DNA of 64,000 nucleotides from Squalus acanthias (Eukaryota): NCBI GenBank assembly GCA_030390025.1, contig CM059432.1, positions 72,170,001 through 72,234,000 on the forward strand, read 5' to 3'. This document shows, one piece after another, positions 26,111-38,109 of the stretch. The translations under genes were made by a program, and so were the position numbers. The first letter of the stretch is position 1; every line of letters starts with the position of its first letter. The notes below the pieces were generated by a model. That model made no database searches, was not told the DNA's origin, and saw only the letters and a program-made list of their open reading frames with translations.

Positions 26111-27477
26111 CTCTGAAAATCACAAAGCAGAAAGCTTTAAAAATATGTATATTTCATCTTTCATTGCCAGACACAATTCTGAGACCTAAAATCCCTCTAA
26201 AAAGTGACATTTCCTATACACCTGGTGCCCTGTAATGATGTGCCCTCACATTATTTCTTCCAGGATGGCCTTTGTTCAGTGCTTCAACTAATAGCATGAA
26301 GCTCCTGAGTTTACTTATACTGCAATACTTCACTGTTAAAGTAAATGCTTCTGTCGTCTTCCTACCAGGGTCCTGGTGTAAAATTTGGACTGTTAAGTAT
26401 GTGTTGAGCAAAGGATTACCTGAGTTTATTTTCATGATTCATTAGTGAGGTGCTGCTTTAAATTCACCAATATTGTTTGAATTAATCCATCATGTTGATG
26501 GACTTTGGACCTACAGTTCCCAAAACTTTCCACCACTGGGGGTTTCTGCATCTCATGTCTGGGACTGTTGTAGACGAATTGATCGAGATTGATTGCCATT
26601 ATTAATCAACAACTCCATTATCGTTGTATCCTGCGACTCCCAGGATGGTTGAAGGTGAAAAAGGTGAGCCGTGGTTTTTTTTTGCCTGGCAATTCTTATG
26701 TTTTCCTATGACTGCTGCCTTAGAACTCAGTACCATGTCTTAGCCACATACATTTTGTCACTTTAATGATACTATTACTTCAGGTTGACCTGAAGCAGTT
26801 TTGGGTGCTTCTTCACACAAAATAGAGCAATATAACTGACAGCAGAGTGCATTAAAGCTAACGGGTGTGAGACTCCTTCTAGGAAGTCATCACGCAGTTT
26901 CAGGTTTATGCCAACTGCTGTATAACTTCAACCTGGAGCGATGCTGCAATTCCAAACTTTTAAACCACTGAGTGGAATGTTTTAGTGTTAGGGGAAAAAT
27001 AGATGTTCCCACTTCAGTTTCCTAACCTTAACTATCAGCTTTTGCAGAGTGGAATTCTGCACATGTCAAAGCATGCGCAAACAGAACTTCATTGTCACTG
27101 CACTTCACTATGGGTCAGACTAAGGTCACTCTACTATAATTCCAGCCTGTCAACTGCTCATTGTAACTGGCAAGTAACAATCTCTGGTTATTCACTACAG
27201 TATAACTGCAGCCCAAGAGTGAGGCCTATGAAATTAATTTAAGATTTGCTTCCAGATTGCTGTTAAGTGATTTCAGTGTCTGAACCCTCTTGATGAAAAG
27301 GCCTTGGCTAGGCCTCAGTTAGAATATTGCATCCAGTTTTGGTCTCCTCACATGGTGGGTGATATTGCAGCTTTGGAAAGGATGCAGAGGAGGGCAACAA
27401 AGTTAATAGCCAGTTTAAAGCATCTTCGTTACCAAGATAGGCTCAAAGACCTGGGACTCTACACTTAGAGAAGTGCA

Positions 27478-27718
27478 AAAGAAGGAAAGACCTGAATTTA
27501 TATAGCACCTTTCATGACCTCAGGATGTCCCAAAGTGCTTTACAGCCAATGAAGTACTTTTAGAAGCGGAGTCACTGTTGTACGTAGGAAACGTGGCAGC
27601 CAATTTACGCACAGCAAGGTCCCACAAACAGCAATGTGATAATGACCAGATAATCTGATTCAGTGATGTTGGTTGAAGGATAAATATTGGCCAGGATACC
27701 GAGGATAACTCCCCTGCT
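27478..27718 (-). mobile_element. SacSINE1/DeuSINE-like SINE, 3' part
   Basis: Reverse complement of CCTGGCCAATATTTATCC..ATCTGGTCATTATCACATTGCTGTTTGTGGGACCTTGCTGTGCG with an L2-type tail. Confidence 0.8.
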
Positions 27719-27758
27719 CATTTGATCGAGGTTTATAAGATGATGAAAGGAATTGATT

Positions 27759-28496
27759 GGCCCAAAAATTAGTGAGTGAGCCTTTGTGTGAGGGTAAGGC
27801 TTCCCCGCCATCTCTCACTGCGCGCTGGCTTTTTTATTCCCAGCTCGCACGAACTTGATGTTCTGGACAGCAGCTGTGCAGTGCTTTCGTATCCCACAGG
27901 CGCAGTTAATTCGTGCGAGCTGTGGGATCACGTGACTCAGTTAGAGCCAATGGCAGCACACCATCTTTCATTCATAGCTTTCACAGCACGGCTGTGAAAG
28001 CTATGAATACTATACCCCCCCAAAAGAACAGCTAAACCTCAATTAAATTTTAAAAAAGCCATCACATTAATAAAATAAGTATAGTTAAATAAATTAACCA
28101 CTTTAAACAAAAAATTTAATTTTTGAAAAAATTTAAAATCTTTTAAAAAGTTATAAAAATAAACTTACCTTTCTTTAAAGTCTCTAAAAAAGATATACCT
28201 GTTGAAAAAAATTCAAAATAATACTTAATTAACTACTTACCTTGTTAAAAGAGGGTCTTATGCCTCCTTTATGTGTAAAATGTTCCATGCTTACCTGCGC
28301 GTTCAAAGCACTAAGTGCACTGCGTGCGCGCAGCCTGCAGCGCGCATGCGGTTCACCTAGGAACCGCCCCCTTTTGAAATCACCAAGTGCTGGTTTTCAG
28401 CGCATGCGCAGTGCATGCAGAAAACCGGCAATTGGAGACAGAATACGCGAGAGTACACAGTGCGTACTCTCGTGTAGCGGCACTAATTTTTGGGCC
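27759..28496. mobile_element. Harbinger-type MITE
   Basis: Perfect 16-bp TIRs GGCCCAAAAATTAGTG / CACTAATTTTTGGGCC; ATT on both flanks (27756-27758, 28497-28499). Confidence 0.92.
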
Positions 28497-29112
28497 ATTG
28501 TGTTTGTGCAGACAGTTTGTTTCAACTAAATAGATTAGGGAGGACCAGGTGTCACAAACAATACAAGTTATGTAAAGCCAGAACTAGGAGCTGATTCTTT
28601 TCCCAGAGAATAGTGCACCTGTGGAACAGGCTACTGGTTCAGGCGGTGAATGCTGAGTCACTGAATCCCTTCAAGCGTGAATTGGACCTGTTTCTGGCTG
28701 GGGTGGAGATCAACTCGTACAAAAGTTAGGTATTGTATCACATTAATCAGGGTCAGTGTGATCTCCTGGACTAGTTTTGATTGCCTAAAGGGGTCGGAGA
28801 GGAATTTTCCAGATTTTTTTTTCCTAATTAGCCTGGATTTTCGCCTCTCCCAGGAGATCACATGGCTTTCAGGCAGGGTGGGGATATATATATACATTGT
28901 GATGCGCAAGGCATTGTCGTTGTGTGCGACAGGCTGGATGGACCAGGGTTTTTTCCTATCCCTCTTTTGTTTTATGTTCATAAAAATGCTCCTTTTAAAC
29001 ATGGCAATCTTGTATTGTTCCAGCACAGCTGTGTTATTGTTAGCTTTCATAAGATGTGCTTAATGTATATTCCCCATTAAATTTAATACTGTAAAATATA
29101 ATTGAGTTCTAA

Positions 29113-29540
29113 GCGTCAGCTTGGCTCACTGGTACCATTCTCACCTTTGATTCAGATTGTTTTGGGTTCAAGCCCCACTTCAGGACTTGAGCGCATAATC
29201 TGGGCTGACGCTTCACTCCAATACTGAGGGAGTTCTGCATAGTTGTAGGTGCTGTCTGTCAGGTGAGCCATTAAAACAAAGCTCCATCTTTCTGTTCAGG
29301 TGGTTGTGAAAGGTCACATGGCACGATTCATTCCTTCGATTCATCCTTCAACCAACACCACCAAAACAGATTCATTGTTTCATTTATCTCGTTACTGTTT
29401 ATGGGATCTTGCTATGTACAAATCAGCTGCTGCATTTACCTACATAACAAGAGTGTCACTACATCTCAAAAGTACTTCATTAATTGTGAAGCTCTTTGGG
29501 ATGTCCTAATATAAAAGGCACTGTATAAATGCAAAGTCCA
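29113..29540 (+). mobile_element. SacSINE1/DeuSINE-like SINE, near full length, decayed
   Basis: tRNA-like head (TGGCTCACTGG..GGTTCAAGCCCC), Deu-like body, tail GGCACTGTATAAATGCAA. Confidence 0.75.
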
Positions 29541-29611
29541 TTTTTTTTCTGAATAAGTTTCCCCATATTTTTTTTTAAAGTATTTTGATCATTATGAAGT
29601 TCCAAATAGTC

Positions 29612-29730
29612 TTTGAAATAAAAACAAAAAATGCACTTCAGTTCTGTCTTGCCTCTCGATAGATGCTGGCTGGTCTGTGTATTTTTAGCATTTTGTAATT
29701 TTTATTTCAGATTATCAATGTTTGCAGTTT
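29612..29730. mobile_element. decayed Penelope pLTR remnant, inverted arrangement
   Basis: GAAATAAAAACAAAAAATGC followed by its complement GCATTTTGTAATTTTTATTTC; same family as 16910-16960. Confidence 0.5.
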
Positions 29731-30635
29731 TTTTTAATTTTGATTTGAGTGGTCAAGACTACTGTATAGTGTAATGAGGCTGAAAATTTCACTGTGACCA
29801 GATACCATTCATAACATTATTGTTTGACTTCATAACTGAAATGTTCTCCATTCTCCAGACCATAGTGTAATTGCAGTTTGTGTGTTGTGTTGCTTGGTAC
29901 ATGCTGTTCTGGAACACAATCTGTACGTAGGAATTTTTTTGTTCCCAGAATTTTCAAACACAAACTGTATATGTAAAATCAATCAACATTTTACAGCATA
30001 TGTGAGACAGTCATACACACATGATTTAATTTCAATTAACTATTGTGTACTTTTTGAAAGCACGAATTTTCAAGGTTTATTTTATGCATATAATAATTGC
30101 CTTTTTTATTTTTACTTTTCATGATGCAGTGTAGTACTTGGCTGCTGCTAAAATATTATTGGAGCATAGTAATACTAGTGCACAGTACAATTTGTACTCG
30201 TCATAAAATTATTTGGCATGAATAAGAATGAGAGCTATAATAATAATAATTAAAAACATTTTACTAATAACTTTCATACGCATGTGCGCCCAAGTCCAAA
30301 AGCATTCTAAGACGCCTCAGTACAGCCAAGCTCAAGCATTAGACACTAACTTAAAAATGTGAGTTTAGATCATGACTGCAGCAGTTCCAGTTAGCTGGGC
30401 AGTTACATGCTTGAATTACAACCAGAAGGTTGCATGTTCCAGCTTTAGGGTAGCCTGTCACACTAACTCGTTCTCGGCTTGGTTGGGCCAGTTCTGTCTG
30501 CTCCTGGCAAAACAGCTACATCGAGCTTCATAAAGGAGGGAGAGCAACAGGTCAGTGTAATCTGCTGCATTTTATTTCCTTGTGGAAAATTGCAGATGGT
30601 GAACTCGGGTTAAAATTGTATTTGCTTGATGACTC

Positions 30636-33600
30636 GGGTAGCATAGTGGTTATGTTACTGGACTAGTAATCCAGAAGCCTGGACTAATAATCTGGAGACA
30701 AGTTCAAATCCCACCATGGCAGTTTGTGAATTGGAATAAAAAGCTAGCATCAGTAATAATGACCATGAAGCTATTGGATTGGTGTAAAAATCCAACTGGT
30801 TCACTTCAGGGAAGGAAACCTGCCGTCCTTACCTGAGAACATAAGAACACAAGAAACAGGAGCAGGAGTAGGCCAATTGGCCCCTCGAGTCTGCTCCGCC
30901 ATTCAATAAGATCGTGGCTGATCCAATCTTGGCCTCAACACCACTTTCCCGCTCTCTCCCCATACCCCTTGACTCCCTTGTAGTTCAAATGTCTGTCAAT
31001 CTCCGCCTTGAATATATTCAATGACTCTGCCTCCATAGCTCTGGGGTAGAGAATTCCAAAGATTCACAACCCTCAGAGAAGAAGTTCCTTCTCATCTCCA
31101 TCTTAAAAGGGTGCCCCCATATTCTGAAACTATGCCCCCTAGTTCTAGATACCCCGACTAGGGGAAACGTCCTCTCAGCATCCACCCTGTCAATCCCCCT
31201 CAGAATCTTATATGTTTCATTCTTCTAAACTCCAATGAGTATAGGCCCAACCTGCTCAACCTTTCATCATATGTCAGCCCCTTCATCCCAGGAATCAACC
31301 TAGTGAATCTTCTCTGCACTGCCTCCAATGCAAGTATAACCTTCCTTTTAAATATGGAGACCAAAACTGTACGCTGTACTCCAGGTGCGGTCTCACCAGC
31401 GCCCTGTAAAGTTGCATCAAAACTTCCCTACTTTTATACTCCATACCCCTTGCAACAAAGGCCAACATTCTATTAGCCTCCCTAATTACTTGCTGTACCT
31501 GCATGCTAACTTTTTGTGTTTCATGTACTAGGACCCCCAGATCCCTTTGTACCGCAGCATTTTGTAGTCTCACTCCATTTAAATAATTTGCTTTTTCATT
31601 CTTCCTTCCAAAGTGGATAACCTCACATTTTCCCACATAATACTACATCTGCAAAATTTTTGCCCACTCACTTAACCTATCTATATCCCTTTGCAGACTC
31701 TTTGTGTCCTCCTCACAACTTGCTAACCCACCTATCTTTGTATCATCAGCAAATTTGGCAACAGTACACTCGGTCCCTTCATCCAAGTCATTAATATAGA
31801 TTGTAAATAGTTGAGGCCCCAGCACTGATCCCTGTGGCACCCCACTGGTCTGGCCTATGTGACTCCAGACCCACAGCAATGTGGTTGACTCTTAACTGCT
31901 CTCTGAAATGACCTAGCAAGCTACTCAGTTGTACCAAACCGCGACAAAAACGTACAATAAGAAAACCAGACAGACCATTCGGCATCGACCTAGGCATCGG
32001 ATTCGGACACGACAAAGGCACGCCGAGCCCAGTCGACCCTTCACATTCCTCCACACTAACATCTGGGGACTTGTGCCAAAATTGGGAGAGCTGCCAGACT
32101 AGTCTGACAATGAGTTAGTGTGACGGGCTACCCTGAAGCTGGAACATGCATCCTTCTGGTTATAATTCAAGCAGCAGTCTGACATAATCATACTCACAGA
32201 ATCATACCTATCACCATTCCTGGGTATGTCCTGTAATGGCACAGTGGTAAACAGTCAGCAGGGACTGTCCCTGGCAGCCTTCAACATTGACTCCGGACCG
32301 CATGACGTCTTGTGGCATCAGGTCATGGGACGTTGCATGAGCAAGGTAAACTCCTGCTGATTACCACCTACTGCCCTTCCTCAGCTGATGAACGCCATTT
32401 GGAAGAAGCACTGAGGGTAGCAAGGGCAGTATACTCTGGGTGGGGTACTTCAATGTCCATCACCAAGAGTGGCTCGGTAACACCACTAATGACTGAACTG
32501 GCTGAGTCCTGAAGGACATAGCTGCCAGTCTGGGCCTGCGACAGGTGGTGAGAGAACCAACTCGAGGGAAAAACCTACTTGACCACCTCCTCATAATCTA
32601 CCTGTCACCAATGCATCTGTCCATGGCAGTATTGGTAGGAGTGACCACCGCACAGTCCTTGTGGAGACTAAGTCCCATCTTCACACTGAGGACACCCTCC
32701 ATCGTGTTGTGTGGCACTACCACCGTGCTAAATGGGATAGATTCAGAACAGATCTAGCAGCTCAAAGCTGGGCATCCATGAGGTGCTGTGGGCCCATACG
32801 CAGCAGCAGAATTGTATTCCACCACAATCTGTAACCTCATGGCCTGGCATATCCCTCACTCTACCATTACCATCAAGCCAGGGGACCAACCCTGGTTCAA
32901 TAAGAAGTGTAGAAGAGCATGCCAGGAGCAGCACCAGCCTTACCTAAAAATGATGTGCCAACCTGGTGAGGCTACAACACAGGACTACATGCATGCTAAA
33001 CAGCGGAAACAGCATGCTATAGACAGGGCTAAGTGATCCCACCACCAACGGATCAGATCAAAGCTCTGCAGTCCTGCCACATCCAGTCGTGAATGGTGGT
33101 GGACAGTTAAACAAATGACGAGGAGGAGGCTCCATGAACATCCTCATCCTCAATGATGGCGGAGCCCAGCACGTGAGTGCAAAGGACAAAGCTGAAGTGT
33201 TGCAACCATCTTCAGCCAGAAGTGCCAAGTGGATGATCCATATTGGCCTCCTCCTTAGGTCCCCACCATCACAGAAGCCAGTCTTCGACCAATTCGATTC
33301 ACTCCACGTGATATCAAGAAGTGGCTGACTGCACAGGATACAGCAAAGGCTATGGACCCCGACAACATCCCGGTTGTCGTGCTGTAGACTTGTGCTCCAG
33401 AACTAGCCGTGCCTCTAGCTATGCTGTTCCAGTACAGCTGCAACTCTGGCATTTACCCGACCAAGTGGAAAATTGCCCAGGTATGTCCTGTCCACAAAGC
33501 TGGACAAATCCAGTCCGGCCAATTACTGCCCCATCAGTCTACTCTCAATCATCAGCAAAGTGATGGAAGGTGTCTTCAACAGTGCTATCAAGCGGTACTT

Positions 33601-33850
33601 ACTCACCAATAACCTGCTCACTGATGCTCAGTTTGGGTTCCACCAGGACCCACTCGGCTCCCGACCTCATTACAGCCTTGGTCCAAGCGTGGACAAAGGC
33701 GTTGAATTTCAGAAGTGAGGTGAGAGTGACTGCCTCAACATCAAGGCAGCATTTGACCGAGTGTGGCACAAGCAGCCCTAGTAAAATTAAAGTCAATGGG
33801 AATCGGGGGGGGGGGGAACTCTCCTGGCCGGCGTCATACCTAGCACAAAG
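30636..33850 (+). mobile_element. family-B LINE 5' portion: tRNA-derived head, 5'UTR, APE endonuclease, start of RT (3'-truncated)
   Basis: A-box TAGCATAGTGG 30639-30649; B-box GTTCAAATCC 30702-30711; endonuclease motifs TNIWGLVPKLGEL (~32055), DIIILTESYL (32181), IGRSDH (~32630); RT GPDNIP, NYCPISLLSIISKVMEG, QFGF. Confidence 0.85.
30836..31848 (-). mobile_element. CR1 LINE, 5'-truncated, nested in the family-B 5'UTR
   Basis: [42 protein letters not shown]; tail AGAACATAAGAAC. Confidence 0.93.
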
Positions 33851-35601
33851 CACATGGGCCATGATCAGTCTTGCAATTTCAGAGCACCCAGCTCCGTGCT
33901 TGCTGGGTCTACTCACTGGAGAGCATGTGCAGACCATGAAGGGTAGGTTGCACAACCCTTGCTGCTAGCTGCAAGAAGATGCATCACCCCTTTGACAATG
34001 CAACCCCCACTCATCACCAAACATGGCTAAAGCACACGGACACATCCTAATTAGAACCAGTGATATTCAGCAACCATCTGCAACTGGAGAAATAACTAGC
34101 TGTCTGGGGCTTATTCTTGGAGGTCCAGTTTAGCAGAAACTATCCACCTCAAACAAAAACCCACCCACTAACAAACATGACTTCTAGTATGCAGGCCCCC
34201 CACCCCCATCCCCTAGTTCCCCATTACCAGACCAAACTAACCCCCAAAAGTCAAGACCAAACAATTTGAGACATTCCTTGACCCAGATTGCTCCCAGTGT
34301 GCAGTTATACCAAGAAGCCTCAATTTATTAATGCTCCCTCCCAAATGCTTTACCCAATCAAAATGTACATTGGCTTCATAAAATCTGAGTGTACACTTCT
34401 GATAATTCAATTGGGGAAAAAAACTGGGCAAGATAAGTTAAAGTATAGACAGATACATACCTGCACCTTAATTTGTCCATACAATGCAGTAAAACAGGAC
34501 TGTTCCAATTTTTGGAGCTGGGAGCCAGATAGATGCATGTTAAAACTAGTGAAATGTTGTGCAGCAATGTGTTTTTCCCCCTCCCCTCCAGTCCACCAGA
34601 AATGTGATTTTCCCCCATATCCACAAGAAATGTGACTTCCCCCCCCCACCCCTGCCATGTACAAGAAATGCGCCCCTTCCCCAGCCCCCTGTCCCATCCT
34701 CTTTCCTCTCCCCCTTTCCATTCTCCCATTCTGAAGCATGAAAAGTTCAGTTCTTTACCAGTCCTCAGGCCTGAGAGGTTTAAGGCTGATTCCTTGAATG
34801 GTGTAAAACATGGTACTCCAGAAGTGGTCAAAATTCACAACCCAGATAGCAAACTTTTCCAGTCTGCCAAAACCATGAAGTTCAAACAGCTGAATTTGAA
34901 AAATCTTTTGTGCACAAGTATGAAAAGAACAGAGGTTTCTGTGGGCAACTATACGGAGATTATGGGCCTCTTCTGGGATAGCCCTGGTATAGGGCCAGAG
35001 ATGGTGATGACATTTATCATCGTTAATTATTTTCACTGTCCATTTCTTGTCTAAAACTACACGATTTGTCATCATGGCAGCATAACGTTTTGTATAATAC
35101 TAAGGCTTTCCCTGTTAACATCTGGAATAGAAATGAAAGATGTAATGTAGTGGAGATAGGTACTTTGGAGGTGTACCCATACTCTGGTTGGGCTAGGTTT
35201 CCTACACATTACACAGAGAGTGCCTCTCTTACACTCTAGTTCTCATGTGAAATATAACGGATCCAGTGTGTTTTGTTCTGTTCCTATGCCTTTTTACAGA
35301 AATTGCAAGACAAGATCTCCAGCTTAGTATAATAACAGATGAATGTCTTGTATAGATACTAATCTGCTTACAAATTCAGTTTTTTTTGCCAGTTTTCTTC
35401 CTTCTTTCCCTTCAGAGATGATTCACCTTCACATATCATTGTTCAGTTTGTAGCCCATGATGGCCTGGGCAGGGCTACAAACTCCTTGATATATCTTATC
35501 TAACTTTGCATGATATTTCCCTGTAGGAGTGTTACTTGAGTATGATACCATGTGTTCTGGCCAAGATCTATCAAAACAATACTGAGATAAGTAGATTTAA
35601 A

Positions 35602-36008
35602 GGCCCTGATTTTGCAGTAAAAGTAACAGTGAGGCTAACTGCACTCACCATTATTAAAGTGTAAATCCGAGAGCAATATCTGCAGACTGCAGATGCAAGT
35701 AGAAACGCCGGAATCAGGATGTTGCTGTTCGAGTTGCCCTGTTCATCCAGAAGGTTCGCTATTGAAACACATGGAATGACGTGAAATTGTGGTATTTGCG
35801 TGATGCACACTAAAATCGCCAAAAAAAGTCCCAGCTTGTCCATTCCAGTGTAAAATTAATTTTTAACAGCATGATGAGCCTTAATTACTGCCAAACAACC
35901 TCTCTAGCACTGAAAATTAACTTTTAGAAGAGTGGAGTCTCGTTCCTTCTGATTTTAATTATTGGAGAATTTAAATTTTTAAAAATTTTAACTTTTTCTT
36001 TGTCTCTT

Positions 36009-36044
<36 letters not shown>

Positions 36045-36195
36045 CCCATCTTTGTTTCCCTCTCTCTTTCGCGTTCTGTAGACGATTTGGCGTTGAATTA
36101 ACTATTCTAAGTGACACTTCTTGGTTCAGACACTTCGCACCTCATTAATAATTCTTCGATCTGATTCATTCAGGGGATACACACTTGCTTGCCCT
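35602..36195. mobile_element. Harbinger-like MITE fragment with (CT)n tract
   Basis: Starts GGCCCTGATTTT; CpG-rich arm then AT-rich core like the other MITEs; right end replaced by L2. Confidence 0.45.
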
Positions 36196-36199
36196 GTTG

Positions 36200-36868
36200 A
36201 AAGCTCTCATCAAAGTCACAAATGACATCCTTTGTGACTGTGACAAAGGTAAACTATCCCTCCTTGTCCTCTTGACTTGTCTGCAGCCTTTGACACGGTT
36301 GACCACTCCATCCTTCTCTAACGCCTCTCCACCATCGTCCAGCTGGGTGGGACTGCACTTGCCTGGTTCCATTCTTATCTATCTAATCGTAACCAGAGAA
36401 TCACCTGCAACGGCTTCTCTTCCTGCTCCCGCATCGTTACCTCTGGTGTCCCCCAAGGATCTATCCTTGGCCCCCTCCTATTTCTCATCTACATGTTGCC
36501 CCTTGGTGACATCATCCGAAAACACAGCGTCAGTTTCCACATGTACGCTGACGACACCCAGCTCTACCTCACTACCTCTTCTCTCGACCCCTCCATGGTC
36601 TCTAAATTGTCAGACTGCTTGTCCGACATACAGTACTGGATGAGCAAAAATTTTCTCCAATTAAATATTGGGAAGACCGAAGCCATTGTTTTTGGTCCCC
36701 GCCACAAACTCCGTTTCCTAGCCATTGACTCCATCCCCCTCCCTAACATCTGTCTGAGGCTGAACCACACTGTTCGCAACCTTGGTGTCATATTTGACCC
36801 TGAAATTAGCTTCCTACCACATATCCGCAACATAACAAAGACCGCCTACTTCCACCTCTGTAACATCG
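36200..36868 (+). mobile_element. L2 RT fragment
   Basis: ALIKVTNDILCDCD; VSFHMYADDTQLYL..LQLNIGKTE..VRNLGVIFD. Confidence 0.93.
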
Positions 36869-37136
36869 CTGTTGCTGTCAAATATGGAAGAGCACTGCCA
36901 GTGCAGGCTGGTATTAGCGTATGGGAGGCAAAGAAGTGATCATGCATTTTATTCTTTATCTACCTGTAACTGGCATGAAGCCCACTTAGTACTTTTTTTT
37001 TAAGGAAAGCAATTTGAGTAGTTGCCAGTATACACTTGTTAATCATTTCAGAAGAACTTGCTGTCCTGTTAGTCCTACAGAAAATGAGTAACAGACTGGT
37101 GAGCAGTGCTTTGTGTGTGTGTTTGCAGAACTCCGA

Positions 37137-37490
37137 GAATCATACAGGACAGAAGGAGGCCATTCGGCCCATTGTGCGTGTGCAGGCTCTTTGAAAGAGC
37201 TGTCCAATTAGTCCCACTCCCTTGCTCTTCCCCCATAGCCCTGCAAATTTTTCCTTTTCAAGTATTTATCCAATTCCCTTTTGAAAGTTACCATTGAATT
37301 CATCACCCTTTCAGGTAGTGCATTCCAGATCATCATAACTGGCTGTGTAGAAAATTTCTCCTCATCTCCCCTCTGGTTCTTTTGCCAATCATCTTAAATC
37401 TGTGTCCTCTGGTTACTAACCCTCCTGCTGGTGGAAACAGTTTCTCCTTATTTACCCTATCAAAATCCATCAAAACACCTCGATTAAATT
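37137..37490 (-). mobile_element. CR1 3' fragment
   Basis: Reverse complement of the tail at 640-745 (CAGAAGGAGGCCATTCGGCCC). Confidence 0.85.
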
Positions 37491-38109
37491 GCGATCAAGT
37501 ACCTATGCTGGAGGAATTAAGGGTATAAACCAGCATCCTGATGATCAGTGGCTTAGTGTGTGTTGCCACTTCTGACTATAGGTTCTGTCAAATTCTGTTT
37601 ATTATGAGGCCAAAAAAATCCTATTTATGTTTGACCACATATTTAAAAAAAAAGTAAATTCTATTATCACTTGAGATAAATATCCCAGCCAGTGTAATTC
37701 AGGTGTGCTGTTTGTATAAATAATCCAGCTAATCAAATTTAAGTTTGCTAAAACAACCTTTGGTGTGATTAATATAAATGTGTGTTGTTGATCATCAACC
37801 AATTTACCAAAGTAAACTTCAAGCAAGATATCAAAAGTGTTGTAGCAAGAGCTTTGCAGTCAATACAGTAAAATGGTGAGTAGTTAAGCAAAGTTTTCAA
37901 AAGGAGTTTCTATTTGGCATTGTGCCACTGTACTGTGCCACCCACGTATGCCTTGAAGGCAAAGGAAAGACCAGCAAGCTATATGTGTGTGGGCAGCTTG
38001 TTCACATCAGCCTAATTTTAATCTAATTTTGTCAATGAATTGTGTAGGTTTTGTGACCTTAATGTTTAAGACGTCCATATTCTGGTGGTTAATGCTAAAG
38101 TAGTGTTAT

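Larger units (their letters stand above)
27290..28985 (+). mobile_element. CR1-type LINE 3' fragment, split by a SINE and a MITE
   Basis: AGGCCTCAGTTAGAATATTGCATCCAGTTTTGG (RPQLEYCIQFW); resumes at ~27720-27758 (LIEVYKMMKG) and after 28497. Confidence 0.75.

Noticed and set aside
30636..30720. tRNA gene
   Set aside because: A/B boxes are present but the arm is duplicated, there is no clean cloverleaf, and it runs into LINE UTR; it is a retroelement head
37539..37575. TGATGA..CTGA resembling a C/D box snoRNA, or a CTGATGA hammerhead start
   Set aside because: Only ~37 nt between boxes, no terminal stem, and no GAAA box after the hairpin
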